Assembly (NCBI GenBank): GCA_002305475.1
Contig: DBRB01000016.1
Coordinates: forward strand, 14,002-78,001
DNA: 64,000 nucleotides
DNA from: a candidate division WWE3 bacterium UBA1379
GTDB lineage: Bacteria > Patescibacteriota > WWE3 > UBA101185 > UBA10185
Direction of reading: 5' to 3'
Positions 9,280 through 18,005 of the stretch are shown here, in pieces. The translations under genes and the position numbers were made by a program. The notes below the pieces were generated by a model. The model did not search any database. It saw only the letters and a list, made by a program, of their open reading frames with translations, and was not told the origin of the DNA. Every line of letters begins with the position of its first letter. Within the stretch, counting starts at the first letter, position 1.

Positions 9280-9951
9280 TTAAATAACAGATGCTCCTCC
9301 CGTTAACATCAGTATTAACTGCCCGACACCTCCCGAGAGGATATTTGCTACAAGTGAAGCATTTATCAATCTTTTGAAACTCAGCTGTCCGCTTTTATTA
9401 AAAATCACCAGTGTAGCTATTTCAAACATTATGGCAAAAACACCCAATGCAAAAATTACCATAAGCCCGGTAACGGGAAGAAACATTCCAGTCAGAGTGA
9501 TAAGCAATACGGAAATGAAATTTACAAAAACAATACTTCCCATCCATCTTCTTGTCCGAAACCCAATAAGGAAAAATATCGGAAGCTCAACAAAAAGAGC
9601 TGTTAAAACCAGGGGTGCCATAAAATGGTTAATATTTCCGGCATACTGTGAATAATGGTTGAAAGTGCTAGGTTTACTGTAACAATAGATCCGGTTTCCT
9701 TCCATTAATGTACCTTTACTTGACGCTAAACGGTATCCGGGTACTACATGATAACCGGCACATTCCTTTGAAGTAAGTAACGTAGTAAGACTGTTTTTGT
9801 AATTACAGGTAATCAATTGTTCATATGATTCGCAAAAAGGTTTTAAATAGATTTCCGGATAATCCATCTTTGCATATACAACCGAAACTTTCATGAGAAT
9901 AACCAGACATAGTATAAATATTCCCGTCTTAATAACCGTAATGTGGTTCAC
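9280..9951 (-). CDS. Hypothetical membrane protein (signal peptide, Cys-containing outer loop, about 4 TM helices)
   Basis: Hydrophobicity pattern; -10-like TATTAT 6 nt before GTG. Confidence 0.65.
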   Translation of the reverse strand: MNHITVIKTGIFILCLVILMKVSVVYAKMDYPEIYLKPFCESYEQLITCNYKNSLTTLLTSKECAGYHVVPGYRLASSKGTLMEGNRIYCYSKPSTFNHYSQYAGNINHFMAPLVLTALFVELPIFFLIGFRTRRWMGSIVFVNFISVLLITLTGMFLPVTGLMVIFALGVFAIMFEIATLVIFNKSGQLSFKRLINASLVANILSGGVGQLILMLTGGASVI

Positions 9952-9997
9952 AAATATATAATACTATATGGGTATGTAATGAAGAAGAAAATACTGT

Positions 9998-10072
9998 TGG
10001 AGGCCTGGGCGGGAATCGAACCCGCGAATAAGGGTTTTGCAGACCCTTGCCTTACCACTTGGCGACCAGGCC
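9998..10072 (-). tRNA. tRNA-Cys(GCA)
   Basis: GGCCTGG acceptor stem, anticodon arm AAGGGT-CTGCAAA-ACCCTT, GGTTCGATTCC T-arm, U73 and encoded CCA. Confidence 0.97.
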
Positions 10073-10150
10073 ACAGTATATTATGTAATAAGTTGCCTGA
10101 TTTTATCAGGCGGTATTGATATTTTACCATGCGGATGATACCTTTTTAGT

Positions 10151-11350
10151 ATGCCAATTTCCAGTATTTCTTCATATTCAGCTCCCAGACAGGGTGCATA
10201 TTCTAAAAGAAGCGTCGGTCTACCAAAACCCATAATATATCTTCTTGGTATAGCATCTGTAGGACTCATTATTTATTTTGGCGGCGACATCGTTCAAAGC
10301 ATTAATAATCTGAGAGGTAAAGCCGCACTGACCGTAGACAGCCCGGGGATCGAAGCAGAAGTAATCATAAACAATAAATCTGCAGGAAATACACCTTTTG
10401 AAAAATCCGATATAAAGCCGGGAGAAACCAAGATAGCCATAAAAGGAGAAAACAGGCAGTACGAAACAACCCTAAAGATTCTTCCCAATACTCACACTCT
10501 TGTGAATCGTGACTTAGGGGTATCAGACAATTTTTCCTCCGGGCAGATTTTCTGGTTTGATGAAAAGAATTCCTCTACTGTACTCAGCGTAACTTCCGAA
10601 CCATCAGGTGCTTCCGTATTTATTGATAATTCGGAACTGGGAAAGGCACCTTTTTCCACGGCAACTCTAACTCCGGGTGAATATGATCTGAGAGTAGAAA
10701 TGCAGGGGTACGAACCGCAGACGACAAGATTTAAAGTTCAGAAAGGATACAATCTGAATATTTCGGTTAAACTTTTCCCGCTTCCCGTCCCCGCAAAAGT
10801 AAATCTGTTTGAAGGTTCACAAAATCTTTATGATCTGAGTACAAATAACTCCGTAATCTCATCCGATATCCAAAATTGGGTAAACGCCATAATCTACTGG
10901 AATAAAACCAGAGGAATTAATCTTGCCGGACTGGGTGTAAACAAAGAACAAGTTTTTGATTTCTATCTTGATCATAAAGGAGATCTCTTTGATAAAGAGG
11001 GCAATCTGATCATGAGTCCCACCGATTATGAAAAATTACAAGGGGCGGAAAAAGGAGCTTATCTGGGACGGGGAACGGAAAACGCCGGGCTGACCAATGA
11101 AGCAAAAGAGACGTATGAAAAACTAACCAGTGGTTCTTTTGCTATCGGAGGAAAAACTGCAAAAGTTAAGGATACAGGTACTGGGTGGCTTCGGGTAAGG
11201 GATGCTGCAGGTTTAGGAGGAACTGAAATCGCCAGGGTGGATGTGGGTAAATCCTATTCCGTTATAGAAGAACAGACGGAATGGGTAAAAATAAAGGTTT
11301 CGGAAACAATTACCGGCTGGGTATCTAAAACCTATCTGGAAATTCAATAA
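10151..11350 (+). CDS. Membrane-anchored PEGA-domain protein with C-terminal bacterial SH3 domain
   Basis: N-terminal TM; PEGA repeats (VTSEPSGASVF..GKAP..PGEY); WLRVR..EWVKI..GWVSKTYL SH3b. Confidence 0.85.
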   Translation: MPISSISSYSAPRQGAYSKRSVGLPKPIIYLLGIASVGLIIYFGGDIVQSINNLRGKAALTVDSPGIEAEVIINNKSAGNTPFEKSDIKPGETKIAIKGENRQYETTLKILPNTHTLVNRDLGVSDNFSSGQIFWFDEKNSSTVLSVTSEPSGASVFIDNSELGKAPFSTATLTPGEYDLRVEMQGYEPQTTRFKVQKGYNLNISVKLFPLPVPAKVNLFEGSQNLYDLSTNNSVISSDIQNWVNAIIYWNKTRGINLAGLGVNKEQVFDFYLDHKGDLFDKEGNLIMSPTDYEKLQGAEKGAYLGRGTENAGLTNEAKETYEKLTSGSFAIGGKTAKVKDTGTGWLRVRDAAGLGGTEIARVDVGKSYSVIEEQTEWVKIKVSETITGWVSKTYLEIQ

Positions 11351-11985
11351 TCCGACTGAATCTGAATTTCTTTCAGATCCTCATGCCATTTCAACAGATC
11401 AGGGCGCAGTTCTCTTATTTTATTCACACTTTCGTTAAGTTCTTCGGTAATTCCCAGACGTTTTTCATACTTGGCTACTTCCGAATATATACCTGCATCA
11501 GTCTGGGAAACTTTTTTTAATCTATCCATATAGTCAACAGTAAAAGGCAGAAATATTTCATCAATATTATCTTTTCCTCCAGGAAGATTTAAATCTTTGG
11601 AAGCCAGAAAATAGTATAGAGGAAGAGAGTTGCGGAGAGTGGCAAGATTTTTAGGATTTAGGCTATATGCTTTTATCAGATCCGAAAGAGCATGTTTCTT
11701 CAAATCAATCCGCGTCTTATCTTCCTGATATGCTGAGGCTATAAGCAGTATCTTTGCTCTATTTCTGTAGTACGCAGGTTCATCCGGATTTTGTTCAATC
11801 GAAATATTTGCATAAGTGATACTGTCGGGTATCGTTCCTGCTTCCAGCATATCTTTTGACTTGCTGTAATTTATATCCGCCAGATATATATTAACCATTC
11901 TTATTAATGAAAAAATATATCCGGCGATTAGTAGAATCAGCAAAATGAATACCCCAGTTTTTTTAAACATACCCTTACCATTCAT
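11344..11985 (-). CDS. Membrane-anchored TPR-like protein
   Basis: N-terminal TM, YLAD..Y, NPDEPAYY and LNPKN helical-repeat motifs; start overlaps the upstream stop. Confidence 0.7.
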   Translation of the reverse strand: MNGKGMFKKTGVFILLILLIAGYIFSLIRMVNIYLADINYSKSKDMLEAGTIPDSITYANISIEQNPDEPAYYRNRAKILLIASAYQEDKTRIDLKKHALSDLIKAYSLNPKNLATLRNSLPLYYFLASKDLNLPGGKDNIDEIFLPFTVDYMDRLKKVSQTDAGIYSEVAKYEKRLGITEELNESVNKIRELRPDLLKWHEDLKEIQIQSDY

Positions 11986-13250
11986 TTTTTATCCTCCCAT
12001 AAATCAGCATTACTTCCGGCTATAAATAACCAGAATAGCAACACTGTTGCTACGCTTGGCCAACCGAAAATATTAGTGATAAAAAAACCCCCCAGGGAAG
12101 CAGCGGCAAAAGCATAAGTATTTCTTCTAAGCAGTCTATATGCCAGATAAAGGTATGAGGATAAACCTAGTATTCCTGTATTAGACCATAATTCCAGATA
12201 ATAGTTATGAGGTTTATTAAAAATAAAATCCCACTCCGAGGAATAATTCAAACTTGCCGGTCTAAAAGGAGGAAATTCATAGGGATAAGTTTCCGGACCG
12301 GTTCCGATCAGAAAAGTCTTAGGAGATGATGTGATCAAGGAGATTGTTCCTTTCCATAACCCCGCTCTGATAAATCCGGGATCAGATATTCTGTGTTCAT
12401 CTGAGTTTAATACTTCCGTCTGAGCATAAACTCTTGCGTTTGAGGAAATCAGTTCTTTTGTATCAAGCCAAAAATCATACAATTTATCCGAAAAAGTCCC
12501 CAGGCTTGTCATGACAACCAGTAAACCCACCGCTGCCACCGGAATTAACTTTCTATACTCTTTTTTTAACAAGTTGTAGTTCATAAATGAAAAGACCGCT
12601 ATACCAAATACCAGACCAAGTAATCCGGAAAAAGAATAGGTAAACCATAAACAGGTAAACGCAAAAGCTAAAAAAATTCCCCATAAACGCCTCCCCGACA
12701 GATATAAATATAAAACTACCGGTATTAAAAATACAATATATGCAGCCAACCAGTTCGGTTGTCCGAATGAGGATACTACCCTCTCCATACCTGTGTAATG
12801 CTGAAATATGCCATATATACTGACGGGAAGAAGAGTAATTACTGCTATCTTAAATAGAATTTTGTATTCCCTGCTTTCAAAAAGATTGATCATAACAAAA
12901 TAAATTCCGGCAAAGATTAATATCGATATCAGACCTCCGTTAAATCTTGTATAGTAACCCCACAGAGATGTATATAAATGGCTGGAAAAAACAGTGGACA
13001 GAATATATACAGTAAGAAAAAACAGTATGGATACGCCAGGAAATCTTATTGGTTTTGATAATTTACCTAATCTGAAGATCTCCCATAATATAGATGCAAA
13101 GTAAAGAAAAAACATAGTTAATCCGATCAGATACACAAAAAACATTTTGGGAAACTCCATATGTTCGTTGGTATTGGTCACATATATCAAAGGAGTTAAC
13201 AGAACCAGGATTACCGACAGATAAAATTCAATTGACTTAAGCTTACTCAT
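11982..13250 (-). CDS. O-antigen ligase/Wzy_C family membrane protein
   Basis: RVVSSFGQPNWLAAY, LIGTGPET, KPHNYYLE..GILG motifs; many TM helices. Confidence 0.88.
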   Translation of the reverse strand: MSKLKSIEFYLSVILVLLTPLIYVTNTNEHMEFPKMFFVYLIGLTMFFLYFASILWEIFRLGKLSKPIRFPGVSILFFLTVYILSTVFSSHLYTSLWGYYTRFNGGLISILIFAGIYFVMINLFESREYKILFKIAVITLLPVSIYGIFQHYTGMERVVSSFGQPNWLAAYIVFLIPVVLYLYLSGRRLWGIFLAFAFTCLWFTYSFSGLLGLVFGIAVFSFMNYNLLKKEYRKLIPVAAVGLLVVMTSLGTFSDKLYDFWLDTKELISSNARVYAQTEVLNSDEHRISDPGFIRAGLWKGTISLITSSPKTFLIGTGPETYPYEFPPFRPASLNYSSEWDFIFNKPHNYYLELWSNTGILGLSSYLYLAYRLLRRNTYAFAAASLGGFFITNIFGWPSVATVLLFWLFIAGSNADLWEDKK

Positions 13251-13316
13251 AGCTATATCATGATAACAGCCTGAAATACAATTTTCGAATTGTATTAAAG
13301 GTATAAACCTTAATAA

Positions 13317-13880
13317 ATGTTTTCTAAAGTTTTAGTAAAACTGATTGACCAAGCAATCGTGCCTGCCATTACACTTGTTGCCGTGCGGGTTGTCAGTGTT
13401 ATTCTAATTTCTAACTATTTTGGAATTGATCTTACTCTTGGCAGACAAGGTTTCGAATACACAAACCCCGATGATTTCATTCTTGTAAATTCCTATTCAA
13501 CATTTTTCATGGTAGTGGTAGTAGCAGTAGGTCTGTTATATATTCTTCTGAAATCTCTTATTTTCCATGATTCTCATATCGCACCACATATAACTGCAAA
13601 TCTATTCTCTTTACGACTTTCCTCCTTGATACAAAGTTCATATGATCTTTATTCCCAGGGAGCAATCTGGCTTTCATATCTGTATCTGCTAACCATATCC
13701 CATGGGATCATGGCTTTTTCAGGACTGGTTTTTCCATGGGTATTCTGGGTTTCTTTGGTTCTTACTGTCTGTTCAACTGTAGTGCTGATTTTTGATATTG
13801 AAAATGAAATGGAAATTAAAAACATGAAAGTTGATCAAACCGAAGGTGTGGTAGTTAGGTTCGGAGGTTTTGATGACTAA
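13317..13880 (+). CDS. Hypothetical membrane protein (about 4 TM helices)
   Basis: 187-aa ORF with hydrophobic segments. Confidence 0.7.
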   Translation: MFSKVLVKLIDQAIVPAITLVAVRVVSVILISNYFGIDLTLGRQGFEYTNPDDFILVNSYSTFFMVVVVAVGLLYILLKSLIFHDSHIAPHITANLFSLRLSSLIQSSYDLYSQGAIWLSYLYLLTISHGIMAFSGLVFPWVFWVSLVLTVCSTVVLIFDIENEMEIKNMKVDQTEGVVVRFGGFDD

Positions 13881-14148
13881 TCACTTCTTTAAATTTTCTA
13901 CAAACTCACTGCTTCTTGTCCTGTTGCTGGCGCTATTAGTATTCCCGATTACCACCATCGGATGGCTGAATGTTTCCAAAAACTCAGATACGAATTTGTC
14001 TGAAATAAATACAAATTATCAGAAGCCGTCAGATATGCAAGTACTACCCGCATATGATGAGAGAAACGAAGATGAATTTTACAACTATTATGAGTACTAT
14101 CCTGAAGAAATACCGGAAACTAGCGAAAGCACCTATCCCACTGATTAG
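13870..14148 (+). CDS. Small membrane-anchored protein with acidic tail
   Basis: SD GGAGG, one TM helix, Tyr/Glu-rich C-terminus. Confidence 0.6.
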   Translation: MMTNHFFKFSTNSLLLVLLLALLVFPITTIGWLNVSKNSDTNLSEINTNYQKPSDMQVLPAYDERNEDEFYNYYEYYPEEIPETSESTYPTD

Positions 14149-15107
14149 TCTATAGCAGGCAGACCATAAAGAATAAAAAGTATGGTTAATCCCCACACCA
14201 CAACGGTCAATAATAGAGGTTTGTCTGATAGAAGAACTCTCTCCGGAGACTCTGCATCTTCTCTTTCATAAATAACAAACAGATATCTGGCAACTCCGTA
14301 AATTACTATCGGAATCGTAAGCATCATCCATTTCGGACTTCTTAAAATGGAGGGAAGTACAGAGCTTAAAGCAGAATTTACCTCCTGCGGAGAATCCTGA
14401 AAAGTAAACAATGAGTAGGACATGATGGCAAAAGTGGATGACATGGAAATCATGCTGTCTAAAAGAGCATCAGGATAATGACGAAGTGTTTTTCTGGTTT
14501 TAGGCTCCTGGTCTTTTGATTCTCCAAGATGCTTTCGTAAAATAGTTTTTTCGGAACGTCTTTTACCGAATGCAATCAGCAGAGACAGACCGATGGTTGC
14601 CAGTAAAAGCCATGAAGATAATGATGTAAAAGCGGCAAATCCCCCCGCAAAAACCCTGATTACAAATCCTGCAGCCACTGTCAGTGAATCAAGAATGATG
14701 ACATTTCTCAGATATAAAGAGTAAATAAGCTGCATTGCAATATAGATAATTATAGCCAGAGTAAAATAGGAACCGATAACAACAATTGAAAAATACAAAG
14801 CAAAGAAAAAAAGCAGGAAGGCAACCAGCAAGGCAAAATTCTGATTGAGTTTCCCGGATGCAATCGGCCTGTTTTTCTTGATCGGATGAAGACGGTCTTT
14901 GGGAGCATCTATGATATCGTTTAAAAAATATGTTCCTGAGGAGACCATACAGAAGGCCACAAATGCATAAGAAGCTGAGAGAAAAATCTGAGGATCAAAT
15001 AAATTTCCGGAAAATACCGGAGCGGCAAAAACACTGAAATTCTTCAGCCACTGACGGGGACGGGCTGTTCTTATTAACTGATATATTATCCCAAACATTG
15101 TATCCAA
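14145..15107 (-). CDS. UbiA-family decaprenyl-phosphate phosphoribosyltransferase-like protein
   Basis: RPRQWLKN, YFLNDIID..DRLHPIKKNRPIASG, GFVIRV..G, FGKRRSE; start may be ATG 15098. Confidence 0.9.
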   Translation of the reverse strand: MDTMFGIIYQLIRTARPRQWLKNFSVFAAPVFSGNLFDPQIFLSASYAFVAFCMVSSGTYFLNDIIDAPKDRLHPIKKNRPIASGKLNQNFALLVAFLLFFFALYFSIVVIGSYFTLAIIIYIAMQLIYSLYLRNVIILDSLTVAAGFVIRVFAGGFAAFTSLSSWLLLATIGLSLLIAFGKRRSEKTILRKHLGESKDQEPKTRKTLRHYPDALLDSMISMSSTFAIMSYSLFTFQDSPQEVNSALSSVLPSILRSPKWMMLTIPIVIYGVARYLFVIYEREDAESPERVLLSDKPLLLTVVVWGLTILFILYGLPAID

Positions 15108-15136
15108 ATTATACGATCTTCCTCTCTGCTTTGCAC

Positions 15137-15814
15137 CTAAACTTCTACTTTGTAACCAAACCCGTGTACAGTTTTAATAAAACTAACCTGAAGTTCTTTC
15201 CTTAATTTTCTGCGAAGATAACTGATATGCACCTCCAAGGCATTCGGAGCAACATCCGAATCATATTTCCATAACTGCGCCAATAAAACATTTTTACAGA
15301 CTACACATCCCTTATTTCTCATTAGATACTCCAGAATCTCAAACTCTTTTCTTCTTAATCGGAGTCTTTTTTCGTCTCTGCACACCATCTTGTTATCCAG
15401 ATCCAGCCATACATCTGCCACTTCCAACATAGGTGCAGAGTCCGCTATCGGATACAGCCTGATTCTTCTTGATAATTCTTTTATTCTCTCCAATAAGTCA
15501 TCAGTATTAAATGGTTTAATTAGGTAGTCATCAAATCCGCGATCCGAAGAAAAAACCTTGTAGTTCATTTCAAACCGATCAATTAAAACCAAAATGGGTG
15601 TTTCCATATTTCCGTTTCTGATAGTTTTACACACCTCAAATCCGTTTATATCTGAAAGATTTAAATCAATAATAATCAGATCGTAACTGTTAATGGATGA
15701 TAAGTATGAGCCGTCCTCGCCGTTTAAAGCAATATCGGTGATATATCTTTGCTTCAAAGCTCCGTCCAGAGAGCTTACAAGGTTCTTATCGCTATCTATA
15801 AGCAAAATCCTCAT
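15137..15814 (-). CDS. OmpR/PhoB-family response regulator (orphan, atypical receiver)
   Basis: DLIIIDLNL..G, DDYLIKPF, winged helix LRRKEFEILEYL..EVHISYLRRKL..IKTVHGFGY. Confidence 0.93.
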   Translation of the reverse strand: MRILLIDSDKNLVSSLDGALKQRYITDIALNGEDGSYLSSINSYDLIIIDLNLSDINGFEVCKTIRNGNMETPILVLIDRFEMNYKVFSSDRGFDDYLIKPFNTDDLLERIKELSRRIRLYPIADSAPMLEVADVWLDLDNKMVCRDEKRLRLRRKEFEILEYLMRNKGCVVCKNVLLAQLWKYDSDVAPNALEVHISYLRRKLRKELQVSFIKTVHGFGYKVEV

Positions 15815-15860
15815 AATGTATCACAATTTCGCGACGACTTATTCATTTTTTCAGTAAAAA

Positions 15861-15877
15861 CTTAAAAATTCCTTAAA
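15861..15877 (-). promoter_or_regulatory. OmpR-type tandem binding site TTTAAG-N5-TTTAAG upstream of the response regulator
   Basis: Minus strand TTTAAGGAATTTTTAAG, 11-bp period, 47-63 nt before the start. Confidence 0.5.
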
Positions 15878-16058
15878 CCACGCGGTAAATATCCGGTAAC
15901 AACATTTTGTGCTATATCATTTTTATTATCAAGAAGTTATCAATAAACGAGCCCGGTTGCGAAAAAATTTCCGACGCGTTATATTAATACCTACACATTC
16001 GGTAGAGATTATTCCCTGCCAGTTGAACAGTCTGTTATTACAGGCTATAATTTTTTTT

Positions 16059-16532
16059 ATGCTTTTAACACCGCATACATTCGTAGGAGCCGCTTTAGGC
16101 GCATCCATACCCAATCCCGTAATAGCTGTTCCATTATCTATTGCCATGCACTTTGTAGGTGATATTGTTCCTCACTGGGATTTCTATTCGCATACCACTA
16201 AAGAGGAACGCCTGCGGGGATGGAGACCGGTGGCGGTAATGGCTGATCTGGCCATCGGAGTAGCAGTCGGGTTAATCCCCACTCTTTACGCTCTATGGGT
16301 TTTAAACAATCCGAACATGGCAGTAAATATTTTTCTATGCGGGATCGGATCCGTTCTGCCAGATGCTCTGGAGGCCCCATATATTTTCATGAACAAAGAT
16401 AAGGGATTTTTACACTGGCTAGCGAGATTTCAAAGTAAAATGCAGTATCAGGCTGCTCTCCCGTGGGGTCTTATTTCACAGGTGGTAGTGATCCTCGTTT
16501 CTTTGGTAGTGCTTTTAAATTCAATAAGATAA
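16059..16532 (+). CDS. Membrane protein, metal-dependent hydrolase-like (YdjM-like motifs)
   Basis: H..VG, MHFVGDIVPHWD, GSVLPD; TATAAT 7 nt upstream supports ATG 16059. Confidence 0.6.
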   Translation: MLLTPHTFVGAALGASIPNPVIAVPLSIAMHFVGDIVPHWDFYSHTTKEERLRGWRPVAVMADLAIGVAVGLIPTLYALWVLNNPNMAVNIFLCGIGSVLPDALEAPYIFMNKDKGFLHWLARFQSKMQYQAALPWGLISQVVVILVSLVVLLNSIR

Positions 16533-17991
16533 TAAAGAAAGCCACAAGTCCGGAAATCGTAAGCAGTACCTGAATAGCATATTTTTCAGAAGATATCAGT
16601 CCAATTGACCCGAACACAGCTGTAGTAAACCAGTAAAACAAGGCAATCTTCTTTTCACTCCACCCTCTGGCTAAAAGCAAATGATGCAAATGACCACGGT
16701 CTCCTTTCATGGGGTTTTTCTTCTGCAGAATGCGCCTAATAAATATTACCAGAGCATCCATAAAGGGAATGATGATAGTAACAATAGCAGCAGCCACTTT
16801 TGCATTAATCAGTACCGAAAGAAACGCAAGTACCGCGCCGGCAGACATGGCAGAAAAACCCCACATAATTTTTGAAGGATGCCAAGTATAGCGAACCAGA
16901 CCCAAACTGCATCCTGCTGTAATTAACGCCAGTTTTGCATAATTAATATCTGTATGTGTTAATGGTGAAAACCTTAAGGCAAGAATTGCCAACATAATTG
17001 CCGAAATTCCGATTATTCCCGTATACTGCCCATCTATCCCGTTTGACCAGGATAACAGATTAAGAATCCACACAATCCATACTACCCAGGCAACAGTAAC
17101 AACGGAACCTAAAAGTCCGCCTTCAGAAAATTCTATCTTTCCACCGAAAGGATTGCTGAGAAAATCAATCCTTACTCCAAAATTTGTGATCAGTGAAACA
17201 ATGATAAAAAGCAAAAATAATCTGAGAGCCGGGTTTTCCAATACTTTAAGAAAAGTTCTGGGATGGGTATTCTGATAATCATCAGCCAATCCTAAAAGAG
17301 CTATCAGAAGAACAACAATATATATCCCCGCAGTTTCTTTACTGACGGGAACAAAAAGCAAAGACATAATGATAAAACCAATCGTAAATACGAAACCTCC
17401 TCCTCTGGCAGAAGGTTCTTTTAATATCATTCCCGGATGAGCATGCATAAATGGGTTGGTAACTATACCTTTTGCTGTGGCATATGAGATAAAACTGGGA
17501 GCAAGCAGAAATACCAAACCGAAACCGGCAATAAACGGAGGAAGAAGTTGCAAATACAGAGGAGGAAGGATTGACGGAAACGGTATGGAGGAAATCATAA
17601 TGATCCGGTAAAGCGATACCGTCAGAGCTATGATGGAAAAACTCATTACAAGAGAAATAACCTCAGGTAGATATCTGATAAAGTATTTTTTGCTGAAAAA
17701 CGCCAGAAAGCTTCCTGCAACCATAATACATCCGGAGACGATCGGGATAAAAAAAAGGTTGCGTTTGTAGTCCATCTGCAAGTCTCCCCAAGGCATTGAA
17801 TACCATACCGGTACAGTATCGTTTAAGTACTTATATCTGTAAATCAGATAAATCAACTGGAAAAGAACCATTAAGGTATTAATGGCTATTGCATAAAACA
17901 GATAAATAAACTGATCTCTTCGTAAGTCTAACAGCCAGGTATTTATGGATGCTTCTACTTTTTTTGTAACTTTAAGTACTTTTGTCTGCAT
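16471..17991 (-). CDS. WecA/TagO (MraY family) undecaprenyl-phosphate sugar-1-phosphate transferase with extra N-terminal TM domain
   Basis: ARGGG, GLADD, NLLSWSNGIDG, PSKIMWG, DRGHLHHLL motifs. Confidence 0.88.
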   Translation of the reverse strand: MQTKVLKVTKKVEASINTWLLDLRRDQFIYLFYAIAINTLMVLFQLIYLIYRYKYLNDTVPVWYSMPWGDLQMDYKRNLFFIPIVSGCIMVAGSFLAFFSKKYFIRYLPEVISLVMSFSIIALTVSLYRIIMISSIPFPSILPPLYLQLLPPFIAGFGLVFLLAPSFISYATAKGIVTNPFMHAHPGMILKEPSARGGGFVFTIGFIIMSLLFVPVSKETAGIYIVVLLIALLGLADDYQNTHPRTFLKVLENPALRLFLLFIIVSLITNFGVRIDFLSNPFGGKIEFSEGGLLGSVVTVAWVVWIVWILNLLSWSNGIDGQYTGIIGISAIMLAILALRFSPLTHTDINYAKLALITAGCSLGLVRYTWHPSKIMWGFSAMSAGAVLAFLSVLINAKVAAAIVTIIIPFMDALVIFIRRILQKKNPMKGDRGHLHHLLLARGWSEKKIALFYWFTTAVFGSIGLISSEKYAIQVLLTISGLVAFFIILLNLKALPKKRGSLPPVK

Positions 17992-18005
17992 ACAGCAACA
18001 AGTTA

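Noticed and set aside
9948-10269. 60-aa and 62-aa minus-strand ORFs
   Set aside because: They overlap tRNA-Cys and the PEGA gene start; spurious
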